The position numbers and the translations under genes were made by a program. This document shows, one piece after another, positions 38,361 through 48,520 of a DNA stretch of 64,000 nt. How positions within the stretch are numbered: the stretch's first letter is position 1; the number at the start of each line of letters is the position of its first letter. Origin of the DNA: Acidobacteriota bacterium (lineage in GTDB: Bacteria > Acidobacteriota > Polarisedimenticolia > Gp22-AA2 > AA152); assembly GCA_022616665.1 (NCBI GenBank), contig JAKEFJ010000028.1, forward strand, positions 14,492 to 78,491, written 5' to 3'. Below the pieces are notes generated by a model, which worked only from the letters and a program-made list of their open reading frames with translations, was not told where the DNA came from and searched no databases.

Positions 38361-39236
38361 ATGGTGGGGAAATCGGGAACGCTCTACCTGGTGGCCACAC
38401 CCATCGGAAACCTCGAGGACATTTCGCTGCGGGGCTTGAGAGTTCTGCGGCAAGTCAATCGCATCGCTTGCGAGGATACGCGCCAAACGGCAAAGTTGCT
38501 GCGCCATTATGAAATCTCCACACCCACCCTCGCCTTTCACCAGTTCAATGAGCACCGGGTCCTCCAGGGCCTCATCCGGCGACTCCTTGCCGGAGAGGAC
38601 CTGGCGCTGGTCACCGACGGAGGAACTCCCGTCATCTCCGATCCGGGCTTCAGCCTGGTCCGGGCCGCCTCGGAAAGCGCCATCCCGGTGGTGCCTGTCC
38701 CCGGCGCATCCGCACCGCTGACCGCCCTGATTGTCTCGGGGCTCCCCTCCGATCGATTCCTTTTCCTGGGGTTCCTGCCGCATCGCAGCTCCGATAGGCA
38801 AAGGCTGTTCGAGGAGATGCGAGACCGGAAGGAGACGCTGGTGTGCTTCGATTCGCCGCACCGCGTCCGGCGTAGCCTGGAGGAGATGGCGGCAATTTTG
38901 GGAGACCGGCGCGCGGCGCTTTGCCGGGAAATGACCAAACTGCACGAGGAATTCCGCCGCGGTCGACTTCGGGATCTGGCGTCGGGCCTGGAGGGTCAGG
39001 CCGTGAGGGGGGAGATTACCCTGGTGGTGGAAGGGGCTGAAGAGATCCGGCCGGGAAGCGGCGTGGATCTGGATATTCGCAAGGCGGTGGAGGAAGAGAT
39101 CCACCGAGGGCTGTCACACCGCGACGCCGTCCGGAGCGTGGCGCAGCGCTTCTCTCTCCTACGCCGAGAGGTCTATCGGATCTCCCGTCCCGATCTTGGC
39201 AAAACCACGGCACAAGCTTCCAACGAGGAAGAATGA
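38361..39236 (+). CDS. rsmI: 16S rRNA (cytidine1402-2'-O)-methyltransferase RsmI (tetrapyrrole methylase fold)
   Basis: N-terminus LYLVATPIGNLEDISLRGLRVL...IACEDTR. The start is the ATG 2 nt after the nadE stop. Confidence 0.85.
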   Translation: MVGKSGTLYLVATPIGNLEDISLRGLRVLRQVNRIACEDTRQTAKLLRHYEISTPTLAFHQFNEHRVLQGLIRRLLAGEDLALVTDGGTPVISDPGFSLVRAASESAIPVVPVPGASAPLTALIVSGLPSDRFLFLGFLPHRSSDRQRLFEEMRDRKETLVCFDSPHRVRRSLEEMAAILGDRRAALCREMTKLHEEFRRGRLRDLASGLEGQAVRGEITLVVEGAEEIRPGSGVDLDIRKAVEEEIHRGLSHRDAVRSVAQRFSLLRREVYRISRPDLGKTTAQASNEEE

Positions 39237-39251
39237 GAACAGATCGGAATC

Positions 39252-39992
39252 TCAAGCCGGAGCGTGGGCCCCCGATTCGGGCGAAGACTCCTTGCTGCTA
39301 TGCTCGTAGCGCAGGCAGCACATCAAGCGGCCGCACATTCCGGAGATCTTCGAGGGGTTGAGGCTGAGATTCTGCTCCTTGGCCATGCGAATCGAGACCG
39401 GAGCAAACTCCTTCAGGAAGCTCGAGCAGCAGAGGTTTCGTCCGCACGGCCCATAACCGCCCTTGACGCCCGATTCATCTCGCACCCCGATCTGGCGCAT
39501 TTCGATCCGGGTATGAAAACGTTGGGCCAGATCCCGCACCAACTCCCGAAAATCCACCCTTCCCTCGGAGGTAAAGTAGAAGGTCAACTTCCGTCCGTCC
39601 AGCGTGTGATCCGCCGAGACGAGCTTCATGGGAAGGCCGCGCTGGTCCACGCGTTCCCTGCAGTAGCCCAAGGCTTCCTTCTCCCGAGCGGCATTTTTCT
39701 GGTCCATTTCTGTGTCCTGGGGAGTGGCCCGGCGGCGTACCCGCTTCATGCACCCCACTCCACAACCACCTCGGATTCGGCTGGTGGCCTCGGAGACGGT
39801 CCCGAAGCGCTCCCCGTCATCGCTGTCCACCACCACCGGCTCGTCGATTTCCAGCTCGAATCCTTCGGAGCTGAAGTGCTCCGCTTTCGCCAGATTGTGA
39901 AACCGGATTCCGACCACCGCCACTTCCCGGGCGCTTCCCACGGAACATCCGCCGCACCCGTGATCGGCGTCACCTTGTTCCAATTCCGCCAT
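39252..39992 (-). CDS. PSP1 C-terminal domain protein (RicT/YaaT-like)
   Basis: PSP1 domain with conserved Cys pairs (GGCGVGCMK, GYGPCGRNLCCSSFL, GMCGRLMCCLRYE). Confidence 0.75.
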   Translation of the reverse strand: MAELEQGDADHGCGGCSVGSAREVAVVGIRFHNLAKAEHFSSEGFELEIDEPVVVDSDDGERFGTVSEATSRIRGGCGVGCMKRVRRRATPQDTEMDQKNAAREKEALGYCRERVDQRGLPMKLVSADHTLDGRKLTFYFTSEGRVDFRELVRDLAQRFHTRIEMRQIGVRDESGVKGGYGPCGRNLCCSSFLKEFAPVSIRMAKEQNLSLNPSKISGMCGRLMCCLRYEHSSKESSPESGAHAPA

Positions 39993-40208
39993 GGCGCTTC
40001 CCCCGCTATCGCTGCTCGTGTCCGGCAACCCGCCGCCGGTTCCCTGCCGCACCGGAATTCGCGAACCGGCAGCCACCACTAGAAGTGATTCTTGTCCACG
40101 GGAGGGGCACTGTCAAGGAAGCCGTGGCGGCCTTTTCGGCTTTTCGGTTACTCTAAGTCACGTCCCGCTCCCCGGCGTCTTCCGCGGGGCGGGCTATCGA
40201 GGGCACTC

Positions 40209-40661
40209 GTGGACGACAACAAAGACCTCAAGAACCTCGCGACGCATCGCCAGGCGAGTCACAATTATTTTATTGAAGAGCGGATGGAAGCCGGGATGGT
40301 CCTCACCGGCACCGAGGTCAAATCCCTTCGTCAGGGCCGGGCCAATCTCAAGGACAGCTACGCCATCCTGCGCAAAGGAGAAGTCTGGCTGCTGAACTGC
40401 CACATCTCGCCCTATACGCATGGAAACACCCAGAACCATGACCCTTTGAGGGAGCGCAAGCTCCTGCTCCATCGAGACGAAATTCGTAGGCTCGACCGGC
40501 GACGAAAGCTCTCGGGACTCACCCTGGTTCCTCTGCGCCTGTATCTAAAGAAGGGACGGGTAAAGGTGGAGATTGCGGTGGCCAAGGGGAAAAAGCTCTA
40601 CGACAAGCGCGAAGCCATCAAGAAGCGCGACCAGGATCGCGAGAGCCGCCGGGAAGAATGA
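40209..40661 (+). CDS. smpB: SsrA-binding protein SmpB
   Basis: ATHRQASHNYFIEE...GTEVKSLR...LLLHRDEIRRL matches SmpB. GTG start chosen by alignment. Confidence 0.85.
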   Translation: MDDNKDLKNLATHRQASHNYFIEERMEAGMVLTGTEVKSLRQGRANLKDSYAILRKGEVWLLNCHISPYTHGNTQNHDPLRERKLLLHRDEIRRLDRRRKLSGLTLVPLRLYLKKGRVKVEIAVAKGKKLYDKREAIKKRDQDRESRREE

Positions 40662-42753
40662 TGGGAAGATCGGTGCGTGTCCTTTTTCGGGACGCGAGGA
40701 TCTCCTGCACCAGCCGCCGAACCTCATTGAGGTTGAAGGGCTTCTGGAGATAGGGAGTGCGTGACTCCTGCAGAAAGCTCTGGGTGTCTTGATTGGCCAC
40801 GTCTCCCGTGGTGAAGATGATCCGGCTCAGGTGCGCCGATTCGGATTCCTGCAGGTGCCGGTACAGCTCCTGGCCACTCATTCCGGGCATCTTCAGGTCC
40901 GAAATCACCACGTCGAAGGACCCAGAGGTCAGCTTGCTCAGGGCGAGGCGGCCGTTGATGGCCGTTTCGATCTGGTGGCCGTCCATCCGCAGGACGTCGT
41001 ACAAGATGTCCACGATGGAGGGTTCGTCATCCACCACCAGGATCCGGGCGGTGTCACCCGTCGGGGCCGCCGGAGGCTCGAGCGCCGGAGCGGCGCCTCT
41101 CAAGGCAGGCTTCTCCTCCATGGGAATCCCCTCTTCCACCTGCACCGGGATTTCCAGATGGAACGTGCTTCCCTCGCCGACGCGGCTCTCCGCCCAAATC
41201 CGCCCTCGATGCTCCTGGACGATTCCATAGCAGATGGAGAGCCCCAGCCCCGTCCCCTGGCCCACTTCCTTCGTGGTGAAGAAGGGGTCGAAGATGCGGG
41301 TCAAATTCTCCGGGGCTATGCCCGGACCGGTATCGCGGATCTCCAGGCGGATCCTCCCCTCCTGATGCCGGCTTCTTACCGTGAGAACTCCGGAACCTTT
41401 CCGCTCTCCCATGGCCTGCTGGGCGTTGTGGACGATGTTCATGAGGACCTGCTGGAGCTGGGAAGCGTCTGCCATGGTACGAGGCAGGCTCTTCTGCAAC
41501 TCCCGCACAATCCGAACATTGTCAACCTTGAACTGGTAGGCCTTGAGCTCCAGAACGCTCTCCAGCATGGAATTCAGGTCCACCGGGCGTTTTTGCGGTT
41601 TGTTCTTGCGTGCGAAGATCAGCAGGTTTTGGACAATCCGACGACAGCGCTCCGCCTCGGATTCAATCTTGTCCAGGCCCCGTCGCACTTCCTCGGAGAG
41701 GTCCATTCGAAGCAGCAGCTGGGAGTACCCGAGCACTCCCGCCAAGGGGTTGTTCAGCTCGTGGGCAACTCCTGAAACCAACTGGCCCACCACCGACATT
41801 TTCTCCGCCTGGACCAGCTGGTTCTGGGCTTCCTCGAGCTCCCGCGTTCGCTCCTGGACCATCTGCTCCAGCTGGAGATTCGTCTGTTCCAGCTCCTCCC
41901 GTGACTTCTGGAGCTTGAGCGTCATCTGATTGAAGCTCTTCGCCAACTCGCCGATTTCGTCTTGCGAGTCCACCCGAAGCAGCACATCCAGGTCGCCCCG
42001 GGCAATTCTCCGAGTGGCCTCCACCAGCTGATTCACCGGATCCGCGATGATCCGAACCAGGAGCACCGTCAGGAGGATTCCGATGACGATCACCGCCAGG
42101 GTGGCGAATCCCAAGGCCCTTTCCAGCCGGCGGATATTGCTGCGCATGCCTCGGGTGCTCACCCCCAGGTAGATCGACCCGATCCCCTCTCGATCTCCCG
42201 CCCGGACCGCGTCCGGTTCAGGGAGAAAGCCGATCTCCTCGCCCACGTTCACCTTTCGTTGAGTGCTCACCGAAATCTGGAGGAGGTAGAACTCCTCCCG
42301 GCGCTCCGGCTCCCGATAGAGGTACGGCTCGCCGGCCCCGGAGTGGCCTTCATTCAATCTTTGCGACTGGGCCCCTTTCAGGCTCGACAGCGGGGGCACC
42401 CGGTACCCGTCCCGGGCTCGGGTGTAAAGCGGTTGGCCGTGCTCGTCCAAGATCACCACAAAGGCCACATCCTCATCCCGCAGGATTTCCCGGGAGAGAG
42501 AAGCCAGCGACTCCTGATTCCTGGTGAACACTCCCAGCTCGGCATCGATTGCCATATTCCGGAGGAGCAGGGAGCCTTTCTGGCTAAGCTTGGTTGCTTC
42601 GTCTCGAACCTCCCGGACCAGGAAAATCCACCCCAGAGCCATCGACGTCGTGATCAGCAGCGCTGAGATGAGGAGGATGAACTTCCCCCTCAGCCCCCTG
42701 CTGAAGTTTGACAGCCTCTGGATGGCCCCGCCCAACACCCGGGATTCCCTCAT
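40618..42753 (-). CDS. Hybrid sensor histidine kinase (TM-HAMP-HisKA-HATPase + C-terminal receiver)
   Basis: H-box (VSGVAHELNNPL), N/G boxes, and a C-terminal REC domain (ILVVDDEPSIVD...DLKMPGMSG). Confidence 0.85.
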   Translation of the reverse strand: MRESRVLGGAIQRLSNFSRGLRGKFILLISALLITTSMALGWIFLVREVRDEATKLSQKGSLLLRNMAIDAELGVFTRNQESLASLSREILRDEDVAFVVILDEHGQPLYTRARDGYRVPPLSSLKGAQSQRLNEGHSGAGEPYLYREPERREEFYLLQISVSTQRKVNVGEEIGFLPEPDAVRAGDREGIGSIYLGVSTRGMRSNIRRLERALGFATLAVIVIGILLTVLLVRIIADPVNQLVEATRRIARGDLDVLLRVDSQDEIGELAKSFNQMTLKLQKSREELEQTNLQLEQMVQERTRELEEAQNQLVQAEKMSVVGQLVSGVAHELNNPLAGVLGYSQLLLRMDLSEEVRRGLDKIESEAERCRRIVQNLLIFARKNKPQKRPVDLNSMLESVLELKAYQFKVDNVRIVRELQKSLPRTMADASQLQQVLMNIVHNAQQAMGERKGSGVLTVRSRHQEGRIRLEIRDTGPGIAPENLTRIFDPFFTTKEVGQGTGLGLSICYGIVQEHRGRIWAESRVGEGSTFHLEIPVQVEEGIPMEEKPALRGAAPALEPPAAPTGDTARILVVDDEPSIVDILYDVLRMDGHQIETAINGRLALSKLTSGSFDVVISDLKMPGMSGQELYRHLQESESAHLSRIIFTTGDVANQDTQSFLQESRTPYLQKPFNLNEVRRLVQEILASRKRTRTDLPIILPGGSRDPGRAS

Positions 42754-43745
42754 CGAACGAACTCCACCTGGGACTGGAGCTTCTGTGAGATTTCCAGATG
42801 GATGGCCCGGGCGGTATTCAAATTCAGGAACAGAGATATCCGCCTGGGAAAAACCACCGACACCTCCGCGGGGGGTTTCCCCGCGAGGATTTCCAGGGCC
42901 TGCTCGGCCGACTGGGAGCCGACGTCTTCATAATCGCAGGAGAAGGAGAGCAGGGCTCCGGCCTTGACAAACGAAGGGGAGAGCCCGACGAAAGGGATGC
43001 CGTCGCGCAGGGTGAGCAGCAAGATGGAGTCCACGCTTCGCGGAGTGAATACGGTGCTGTCGGCGACCGACCAGAGCACATCCACTCTCCCCTTCAGTCC
43101 CTCGGCCTGCTGAAGGACTTCCGACTCACTGGTGACAGGAATCTCCACCAAGGTAAGCCCGCTGTCGCGCGCCGCTCGGCGGGCCTGCTCAATCTCTCCC
43201 ATGGAGTTCAGGGGGTTGAAGATGACTCCGACCCTCTTGAGGTCCGGGATGATCTCGCGCAGGCGCTGGAATTGGTGCCCGATGGGAATGTCCATGGCGG
43301 CCCCGGTGACGTTGGCAGGTCTCTTTTCTAGCAGAGATTCGGACTCTCCGGAGAACAACACCAGTGAAAAGACGACTGGGGCGCCCTTGATATGGCGGAT
43401 CACGGAGAGGGTGGCCTGGGTACCCACGGTGACCACCAGGTCGGGCTGAGATTTTTCGATGGAGCGCAGGAAGGTCTCTTCCTTCAGCGGCTCTGAAGGA
43501 AGCTCCACCTCGCGGATCTGGACGGACACTTCGCGGGAGGCAAACGTCTTTTTCAGTCCCTCCACCGCCTGGTTGTAGGGCACCAGATTGCGGCTTTTCA
43601 CGACCACAACCGTCTTGCGGGGATCGGAGCGGGCGGAGGTTCCCACCACGAGCAGGGAGAGAAAAAGCAGGAGAAAAGCCCTTCCCTTGGGAGGACGCAT
43701 CTCGGGAGCCTTTCGCGAAGTAATGGGCTCAAAGCACCTGAACAA
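42750..43745 (-). CDS. Periplasmic ABC-type substrate-binding-fold protein (PF04392 ABC_sub_bind family) partnered with the kinase
   Basis: Signal peptide plus a type-I periplasmic binding fold. A 4-nt overlap with the downstream hybrid kinase indicates an operon. Confidence 0.7.
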   Translation of the reverse strand: MFRCFEPITSRKAPEMRPPKGRAFLLLFLSLLVVGTSARSDPRKTVVVVKSRNLVPYNQAVEGLKKTFASREVSVQIREVELPSEPLKEETFLRSIEKSQPDLVVTVGTQATLSVIRHIKGAPVVFSLVLFSGESESLLEKRPANVTGAAMDIPIGHQFQRLREIIPDLKRVGVIFNPLNSMGEIEQARRAARDSGLTLVEIPVTSESEVLQQAEGLKGRVDVLWSVADSTVFTPRSVDSILLLTLRDGIPFVGLSPSFVKAGALLSFSCDYEDVGSQSAEQALEILAGKPPAEVSVVFPRRISLFLNLNTARAIHLEISQKLQSQVEFVR

Positions 43746-44013
43746 ATATATGGATAATTGTCATTTCAGCAACACGTGCTTAAACATTGTAATAAAAAAT
43801 CTTACAAGATAAGCAACATGGATATTTTGAGAAATCTGTGAAATTTTAAGTCAAGCAATCCCTGAGTCACAGGGCTTGACTGAATAGCCATCCATTATTT
43901 TGACAAGCTAACTTTGTACTTGACTGATATTCATTTTTGACTATTTATATTGTTGTTCTTGCCGCCCTACGGCAGGGCTCGCTCAGTGGCAGAGGGACTA
44001 GGGAAAAAGGGGG
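43746..44013. promoter_or_regulatory. AT-rich divergent regulatory island with repeated ACTTGACTGA[AT]AT motifs and Fur-box-like sites
   Basis: About 50% AT in a 66%-GC genome. Direct repeats cttgactgaatagcc and cttgactgatattca lie 43 nt apart. TGATATTCATTTT resembles a Fur half-site (GATAATCATT). GATAATTGTCATTT lies on the opposite side. The downstream gene is a TonB-dependent receptor. Confidence 0.4.
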
Positions 44014-46683
44014 ATGGAACCAATGCTTTCGAAGAGCCGGCTCGCTCGCACGGTTCTGGCCTTCACCCTGCTCTTCGCAGGATCGATCGCCGGGGCCCTG
44101 GCTCAGGCAAACATCACCGCCTCGATCGACGGATACGTACTCGACGACGCCGGCAATTTCATTCCCGGCGCCAGCGTCGTCCTCCTGAGCTCCAGCACCA
44201 ACACACGAAGGGAGCTCATCAGCAGCGGCGAGGGACGGTTCTCCTTCTCGGCGCTTTCCGTGGGAAGCTACATCTTGAAGGTCAATCTCATCGGGTATCC
44301 CCCCTACGAAATGCAAGAGATCCATCTCAACCCGGGCGAGAGTCGGAGCTTCGACGTCATCCTCAAACACGGAATGCAGGAAAAAGTGGTGGTCGTGGCC
44401 GAAAAGAGCCTGCTGGAGACGGATGTTACTTCCGATCGAAATGTCCTGGACGCCGGGTACATCAACAACATCCCCCTGATCGCCAGGCGCTACCAGCAGA
44501 TCCTGACCCTGTTTCCCGGTGTCAGCAACGATCAGGGCTTCAGCCTGGCGCAGTACCACATTCGTGGCAGCCGCACCACACAGAATGGGTTTCGGCTGGA
44601 CGGTGCCACGATCAACGACCCCGTGACCGGCACCTTCGGCTTGAACGTCAATCAGAATTCCATCGAGCGGTTCGAGCTGAACCGAGGCGGCTTCCAGGCC
44701 GAATACGGTGAACAGTCGGGTGGAATCGCCAACATCGTGACCAAGTCGGGCACCAATGAATTCCAGCTGTTCTATTCAGGCTTCTTTCGCAATTCCGATT
44801 TTGCCAGTAGCTTGAAGGACTACGACCAAGTAATCGCCGCAGGGGACTCCGACGGAATTTCCACCAACAACCACAACCCACGCCCCGAGACTCAGCAATG
44901 GCAGGAAGTCGCGATCGGAGGTCCTATCGTGAAGGATCGCCTCTGGTACTTCTCCTCCTTCCAGTACTGGCAGGAGGACGTGGGCTCCATCTTCAACAGC
45001 AGCATGAGCCGCGGCGATCGCTACAACTTCCAGTTCAAAGCCACCTGGCAGGTGAGCCCGGACGATGCTGTGGTTTTCAACCTGGCCACGGATCCGGCCC
45101 GTTTCAGCGACGTCCTCACCGATGCCCGCTTCGCGCCGGGCACCAATTACAACCAGACGCAGGGCGGCTATCTCTTTCAGGCCCGCGAGACCCACATCTT
45201 CAGCCCAGGAGCCTTCCTCGAAAGCCAGTTGTTCCTGCACCATCAGTACCTGACGGCACGGCCGGTGGACCCCACCTTGGGCGCCTTCACCATCACCCTT
45301 TCCGACGGGGATCCCTCCGATGGCATCGGGACGAGCAATTCCGCCCAGGCCTTTGCCGGCGCCTATCCCAACGATCAAGATCGCTCCACGATGAGAGCCC
45401 GGGTGAGTGAGGCGGTGACTCTCAAGGTGGCCTCCTCGCACACCGTGAAGGCGGGGCTGGATTATTCGTTCGTGGATTTCACCGGCGTGAATCGGTCCAA
45501 TCCGACTTTTCTGGATATTACCGACTACCTACCCCCTCCGGACTTCGAGCCGGGGGGCGCTTACTTCGGCTATGAATATTTTTTGAAGTACGACTATCTG
45601 GCACCGGAGAAGACCGACCAGAAAGACCGGGAAGTCTCGGTTTTTGCCCAGGACACCTGGACTCCCAACGCGCACTGGACGACCGATGCGGGTCTTCGGA
45701 TGGACTATCAGTCGCTCATCGGCGACAAGAACCTGGCTCCCAGGTTGGGAGTCTCCTTCGATCCCCAGGGCAAGGGGAACATGAAGATTTACGGGAACTG
45801 GGGCCGCTACTACGATAACGTCTTCGCCGATTTCGTGGACTTCGCCCGATCCGACGGTTATCAAACGACGGCGGTCTTCACGGACGATATCAACAACCCG
45901 GCGAGCTACTACGAGTCCGCTCCGTTTTACGTCTACGACTATGTGGTGGACGGACCTCTCCATTCGCCCTACCGGGACTCCATGACCCTGGGTTTCGAGA
46001 AATCGCTCCCCTGGGATCTGGCCATCGGTCTCTCGTATACCCGCTGGAAAGGAACCAACCAGCTGAGGACCACGATCACCACCGATCTGACCGGACTGAA
46101 CGTGTCGCCGGGCGCCACTGGCGCCGTGGTGTTCGACAGCCAGGGCAATTCCCGCTACTCCGGGGCGGAGCTGGTATTCCGCAAGGCCTTCAGCCACCGC
46201 TTCGAGGCCCTGGCCTCCTATACGCGGTCCCGAGTGGAGGGGGACACCGCCACCGATTTCGGCTTCGAGAAGCGCCAGGACGCACGTTCGTTGGACTTCA
46301 CCCGGCTGCGCTACGACCGTCCCAACGTGGTGAACTTCTCGGGGCTGTGGAAGCTTCCGGCCCGGCTGGATCTCACAGTCATTTACCGTTACCTGTCCGG
46401 GGCGCTTTATAGCCCCACGGTTTTCTCCCCCGGAATCGGAGTCGTGATCGATCCCAGCCAGGGGAAGAACTCCCAGCGGCAGACCCCGATTCGGAGCCTC
46501 GACATCTCCCTTTCCCGCAACTTCGCCGTCGGGCGTAGCCAGATTCGCGTGACGGGCCAGGTATTTAACCTGATGAACAACCTGAATGTGGTGGGAGTAG
46601 ACACGTTCGGCTCATCGGCAGGCCAGCCGGTGAACGTGGACTATGGGAGGATTTTCCAGGTGGGGCTAGAGTACCACTACTAG
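44014..46683 (+). CDS. TonB-dependent outer-membrane receptor with N-terminal carboxypeptidase-regulatory-like domain
   Basis: Signal peptide. CarboxypepD_reg domain (GYVLDDAGNFIPGASVVLL). Plug and 22-strand barrel with C-terminal aromatic residues (LEYHY). Confidence 0.85.
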   Translation: MEPMLSKSRLARTVLAFTLLFAGSIAGALAQANITASIDGYVLDDAGNFIPGASVVLLSSSTNTRRELISSGEGRFSFSALSVGSYILKVNLIGYPPYEMQEIHLNPGESRSFDVILKHGMQEKVVVVAEKSLLETDVTSDRNVLDAGYINNIPLIARRYQQILTLFPGVSNDQGFSLAQYHIRGSRTTQNGFRLDGATINDPVTGTFGLNVNQNSIERFELNRGGFQAEYGEQSGGIANIVTKSGTNEFQLFYSGFFRNSDFASSLKDYDQVIAAGDSDGISTNNHNPRPETQQWQEVAIGGPIVKDRLWYFSSFQYWQEDVGSIFNSSMSRGDRYNFQFKATWQVSPDDAVVFNLATDPARFSDVLTDARFAPGTNYNQTQGGYLFQARETHIFSPGAFLESQLFLHHQYLTARPVDPTLGAFTITLSDGDPSDGIGTSNSAQAFAGAYPNDQDRSTMRARVSEAVTLKVASSHTVKAGLDYSFVDFTGVNRSNPTFLDITDYLPPPDFEPGGAYFGYEYFLKYDYLAPEKTDQKDREVSVFAQDTWTPNAHWTTDAGLRMDYQSLIGDKNLAPRLGVSFDPQGKGNMKIYGNWGRYYDNVFADFVDFARSDGYQTTAVFTDDINNPASYYESAPFYVYDYVVDGPLHSPYRDSMTLGFEKSLPWDLAIGLSYTRWKGTNQLRTTITTDLTGLNVSPGATGAVVFDSQGNSRYSGAELVFRKAFSHRFEALASYTRSRVEGDTATDFGFEKRQDARSLDFTRLRYDRPNVVNFSGLWKLPARLDLTVIYRYLSGALYSPTVFSPGIGVVIDPSQGKNSQRQTPIRSLDISLSRNFAVGRSQIRVTGQVFNLMNNLNVVGVDTFGSSAGQPVNVDYGRIFQVGLEYHY

Positions 46684-46725
46684 TTCTCGACGAATCCCAA
46701 TCCCTTCGAATCCTTCGCAGCGGAG

Positions 46726-47535
46726 TTACTCGATCATCTGATCCTCGGGGCTGCTGGCGGACGCGTAGAGCTTTTTGGGGATTCGCCCGGCTTCGAAGGC
46801 CAGCCTCCCGGCCTCCACGGCCAAGCGCATCGCCCGCGCCATGCGAACCGGCTCTTTGGCGCCGGCCACGCCTGTGTTCATCAGCACCCCGTCGCACCCG
46901 ATCTCCATGGCGATAGCCGCATCCGATGCGGTTCCCACACCGGCATCCACGATGATCGGGATGTCGCGAATCTCCTGAAGGAGGATTCTGAGGTGAGTCC
47001 GGTTCTGGATTCCCAGCCCCGATCCGATGGGCGCCCCCAGCGGCATGATGGCCGCCGCTCCTAGATCGCGTAGCTTCTTCGCCGTCACCAGGTCGTCGGA
47101 TGTGTAAGGTAGAACCGTGAATCCCTCGGCGACCAGAATGCGAGTCGCCTGGAGCAAGCCCTCGAGGTCCGGGAACAACGTCTTCGCATCTCCGATCACT
47201 TCGAGCTTGATAAGGGATGAAAGGCCGGCCTCGCGGGCGAGGCGGGCCGTACGGACCGCCTCCTCGGCCGAGGTGCAGCCCGCGGTGTTGGGGAGGAGCG
47301 TATAGCGGCGGGGATCGATGAAATCCAGGAGCGAGCCATGGCCTCTCTTCGAGACATCCACCCGCCGCACCGCAACGGTGACGATTTCGGTGCCGGAGGC
47401 TTCCAGGGCCTCTTGCATCAGCTGCTCGGAAGGATATTTTCCCGTTCCAAGAAGAAGGCGGGAGCCGAAGCTGGAGTGGCCCAGGTGAAGTCTCCCGGTT
47501 CCGGCGTTCTTCCCATCGGCCGTTTCGGATTTCAT
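46726..47535 (-). CDS. thiG: Thiazole synthase
   Basis: ThiG signature LLGTGKY...LPNTAGC...[11 protein letters not shown]. Confidence 0.9.
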   Translation of the reverse strand: MKSETADGKNAGTGRLHLGHSSFGSRLLLGTGKYPSEQLMQEALEASGTEIVTVAVRRVDVSKRGHGSLLDFIDPRRYTLLPNTAGCTSAEEAVRTARLAREAGLSSLIKLEVIGDAKTLFPDLEGLLQATRILVAEGFTVLPYTSDDLVTAKKLRDLGAAAIMPLGAPIGSGLGIQNRTHLRILLQEIRDIPIIVDAGVGTASDAAIAMEIGCDGVLMNTGVAGAKEPVRMARAMRLAVEAGRLAFEAGRIPKKLYASASSPEDQMIE

Positions 47536-47732
47536 CCACCCCCCACGAACCGCACCAACTCGATGCGATCTCCCTCCGACAGCTGCGTCTGTGAATGAAG
47601 GCTGCGCGGGATTATTTCGCGATTCCGCTCCACCGCAATTCTCCCCTCGGGAAGCTCCAGGAGGCGCAGGAGATTCGTGACGGTGCTCCCTTCCGGAACT
47701 TCCCTCGGTTCTCCGTTGACGACGATCGTCAT
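47532..47732 (-). CDS. thiS: Sulfur-carrier protein ThiS
   Basis: 66 aa ending in GG, with a beta-grasp pattern (MTIVVNGE...VRFVGGG). The stop overlaps the thiG start. Confidence 0.75.
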   Translation of the reverse strand: MTIVVNGEPREVPEGSTVTNLLRLLELPEGRIAVERNREIIPRSLHSQTQLSEGDRIELVRFVGGG

Positions 47733-48385
47733 CCCCCCGGCCCCTCCGCGTTCGCCACCAGCCATTTCAACTCCACTCGTTCCTCCTTCAGGGTGGCGTT
47801 GAGCAGAACCGCGGCGCTGCCTTCCCCGACGGGCGGAATCAACACGCTGCTGCGAAAAAATCCCTGGCCGTCGGTCTTGCCCTCAGTCAGCAAGTGGGGC
47901 TTCTCCACAGGAGTCAACAGACTCACAGCGATGCTGACGTTTTTCACAGGGAGGGAGGAGAGATCGCCCCGGGCCCGCACAACGAGATCGTGGCGGGTCC
48001 CTGCGGCGAATTGCATCGGGTTCTCGAGAATAACCTGAAGCGCCTCCGATGCCAGCTCCCGAGAAAGGTAATCCAGAACGACCTCCTCGAATCCACGATC
48101 GGAAATGATGCCTTCACCGAAAGCCTTCATCCCCCCAGGGTCGTGGCGGCCCTGTCGCACGTTGAGGATCATGCGTTGATGCTGGGCCTCCAGACGCGCC
48201 GTCAGGGCTTTCGGATCGGGTCCGGAGGGAAGCAGGTCCTCGTAGGAACTGCGGTGGGAGGCGAGAATCTCACCGCCCAAATAGATCAGGGATTCGATGG
48301 TGGGATTGCCGATTCCCTTGTCCTCGGTCTGGACATGGTAAATCCGGCCGTTTTGCTCTACGTCGGTGTTGTAACCGGTGATCAA
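47729..48385 (-). CDS. Hypothetical protein translationally coupled to thiS-thiG
   Basis: 218-aa ORF with a TTG start and GGAGGAGAG RBS. Its stop overlaps the thiS start. No family recognised, and no ThiF-like Rossmann motif. Confidence 0.5.
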   Translation of the reverse strand: MITGYNTDVEQNGRIYHVQTEDKGIGNPTIESLIYLGGEILASHRSSYEDLLPSGPDPKALTARLEAQHQRMILNVRQGRHDPGGMKAFGEGIISDRGFEEVVLDYLSRELASEALQVILENPMQFAAGTRHDLVVRARGDLSSLPVKNVSIAVSLLTPVEKPHLLTEGKTDGQGFFRSSVLIPPVGEGSAAVLLNATLKEERVELKWLVANAEGPGG

Positions 48386-48520
48386 GACTCTCCTCCCCGA
48401 CGGGGAAGAATAGCACGATCCACGAGGTTCGCTGAATCGCTCGGTGGGGGTGCGGGACGGTCAGGTGGGACAAGCAGAAAGGCGGATTGCGATGCCAGCT
48501 CGCCAGGGATCCGGATTCCT

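Noticed and set aside
40080-40208. tmRNA (ssrA) expected near smpB
   Set aside because: The 129-nt gap is far too short for a ~350-nt tmRNA, and no tRNA-like acceptor/T-arm sequence was recognised.
40789-42666. Plus-strand ORFs (40789-41775, 41962-42666) antisense to the hybrid kinase
   Set aside because: Shadow ORFs. The kinase frame has the H-box/ATPase/REC domains.
48386-48520. Possible TPP riboswitch upstream of the thiS-thiG operon
   Set aside because: The minus-strand leader lacks the CUGAGA and ACCUGAUC..GCGUAGGGA aptamer core. Only a short CCCCG-U-CGGGG hairpin sits before the RBS.
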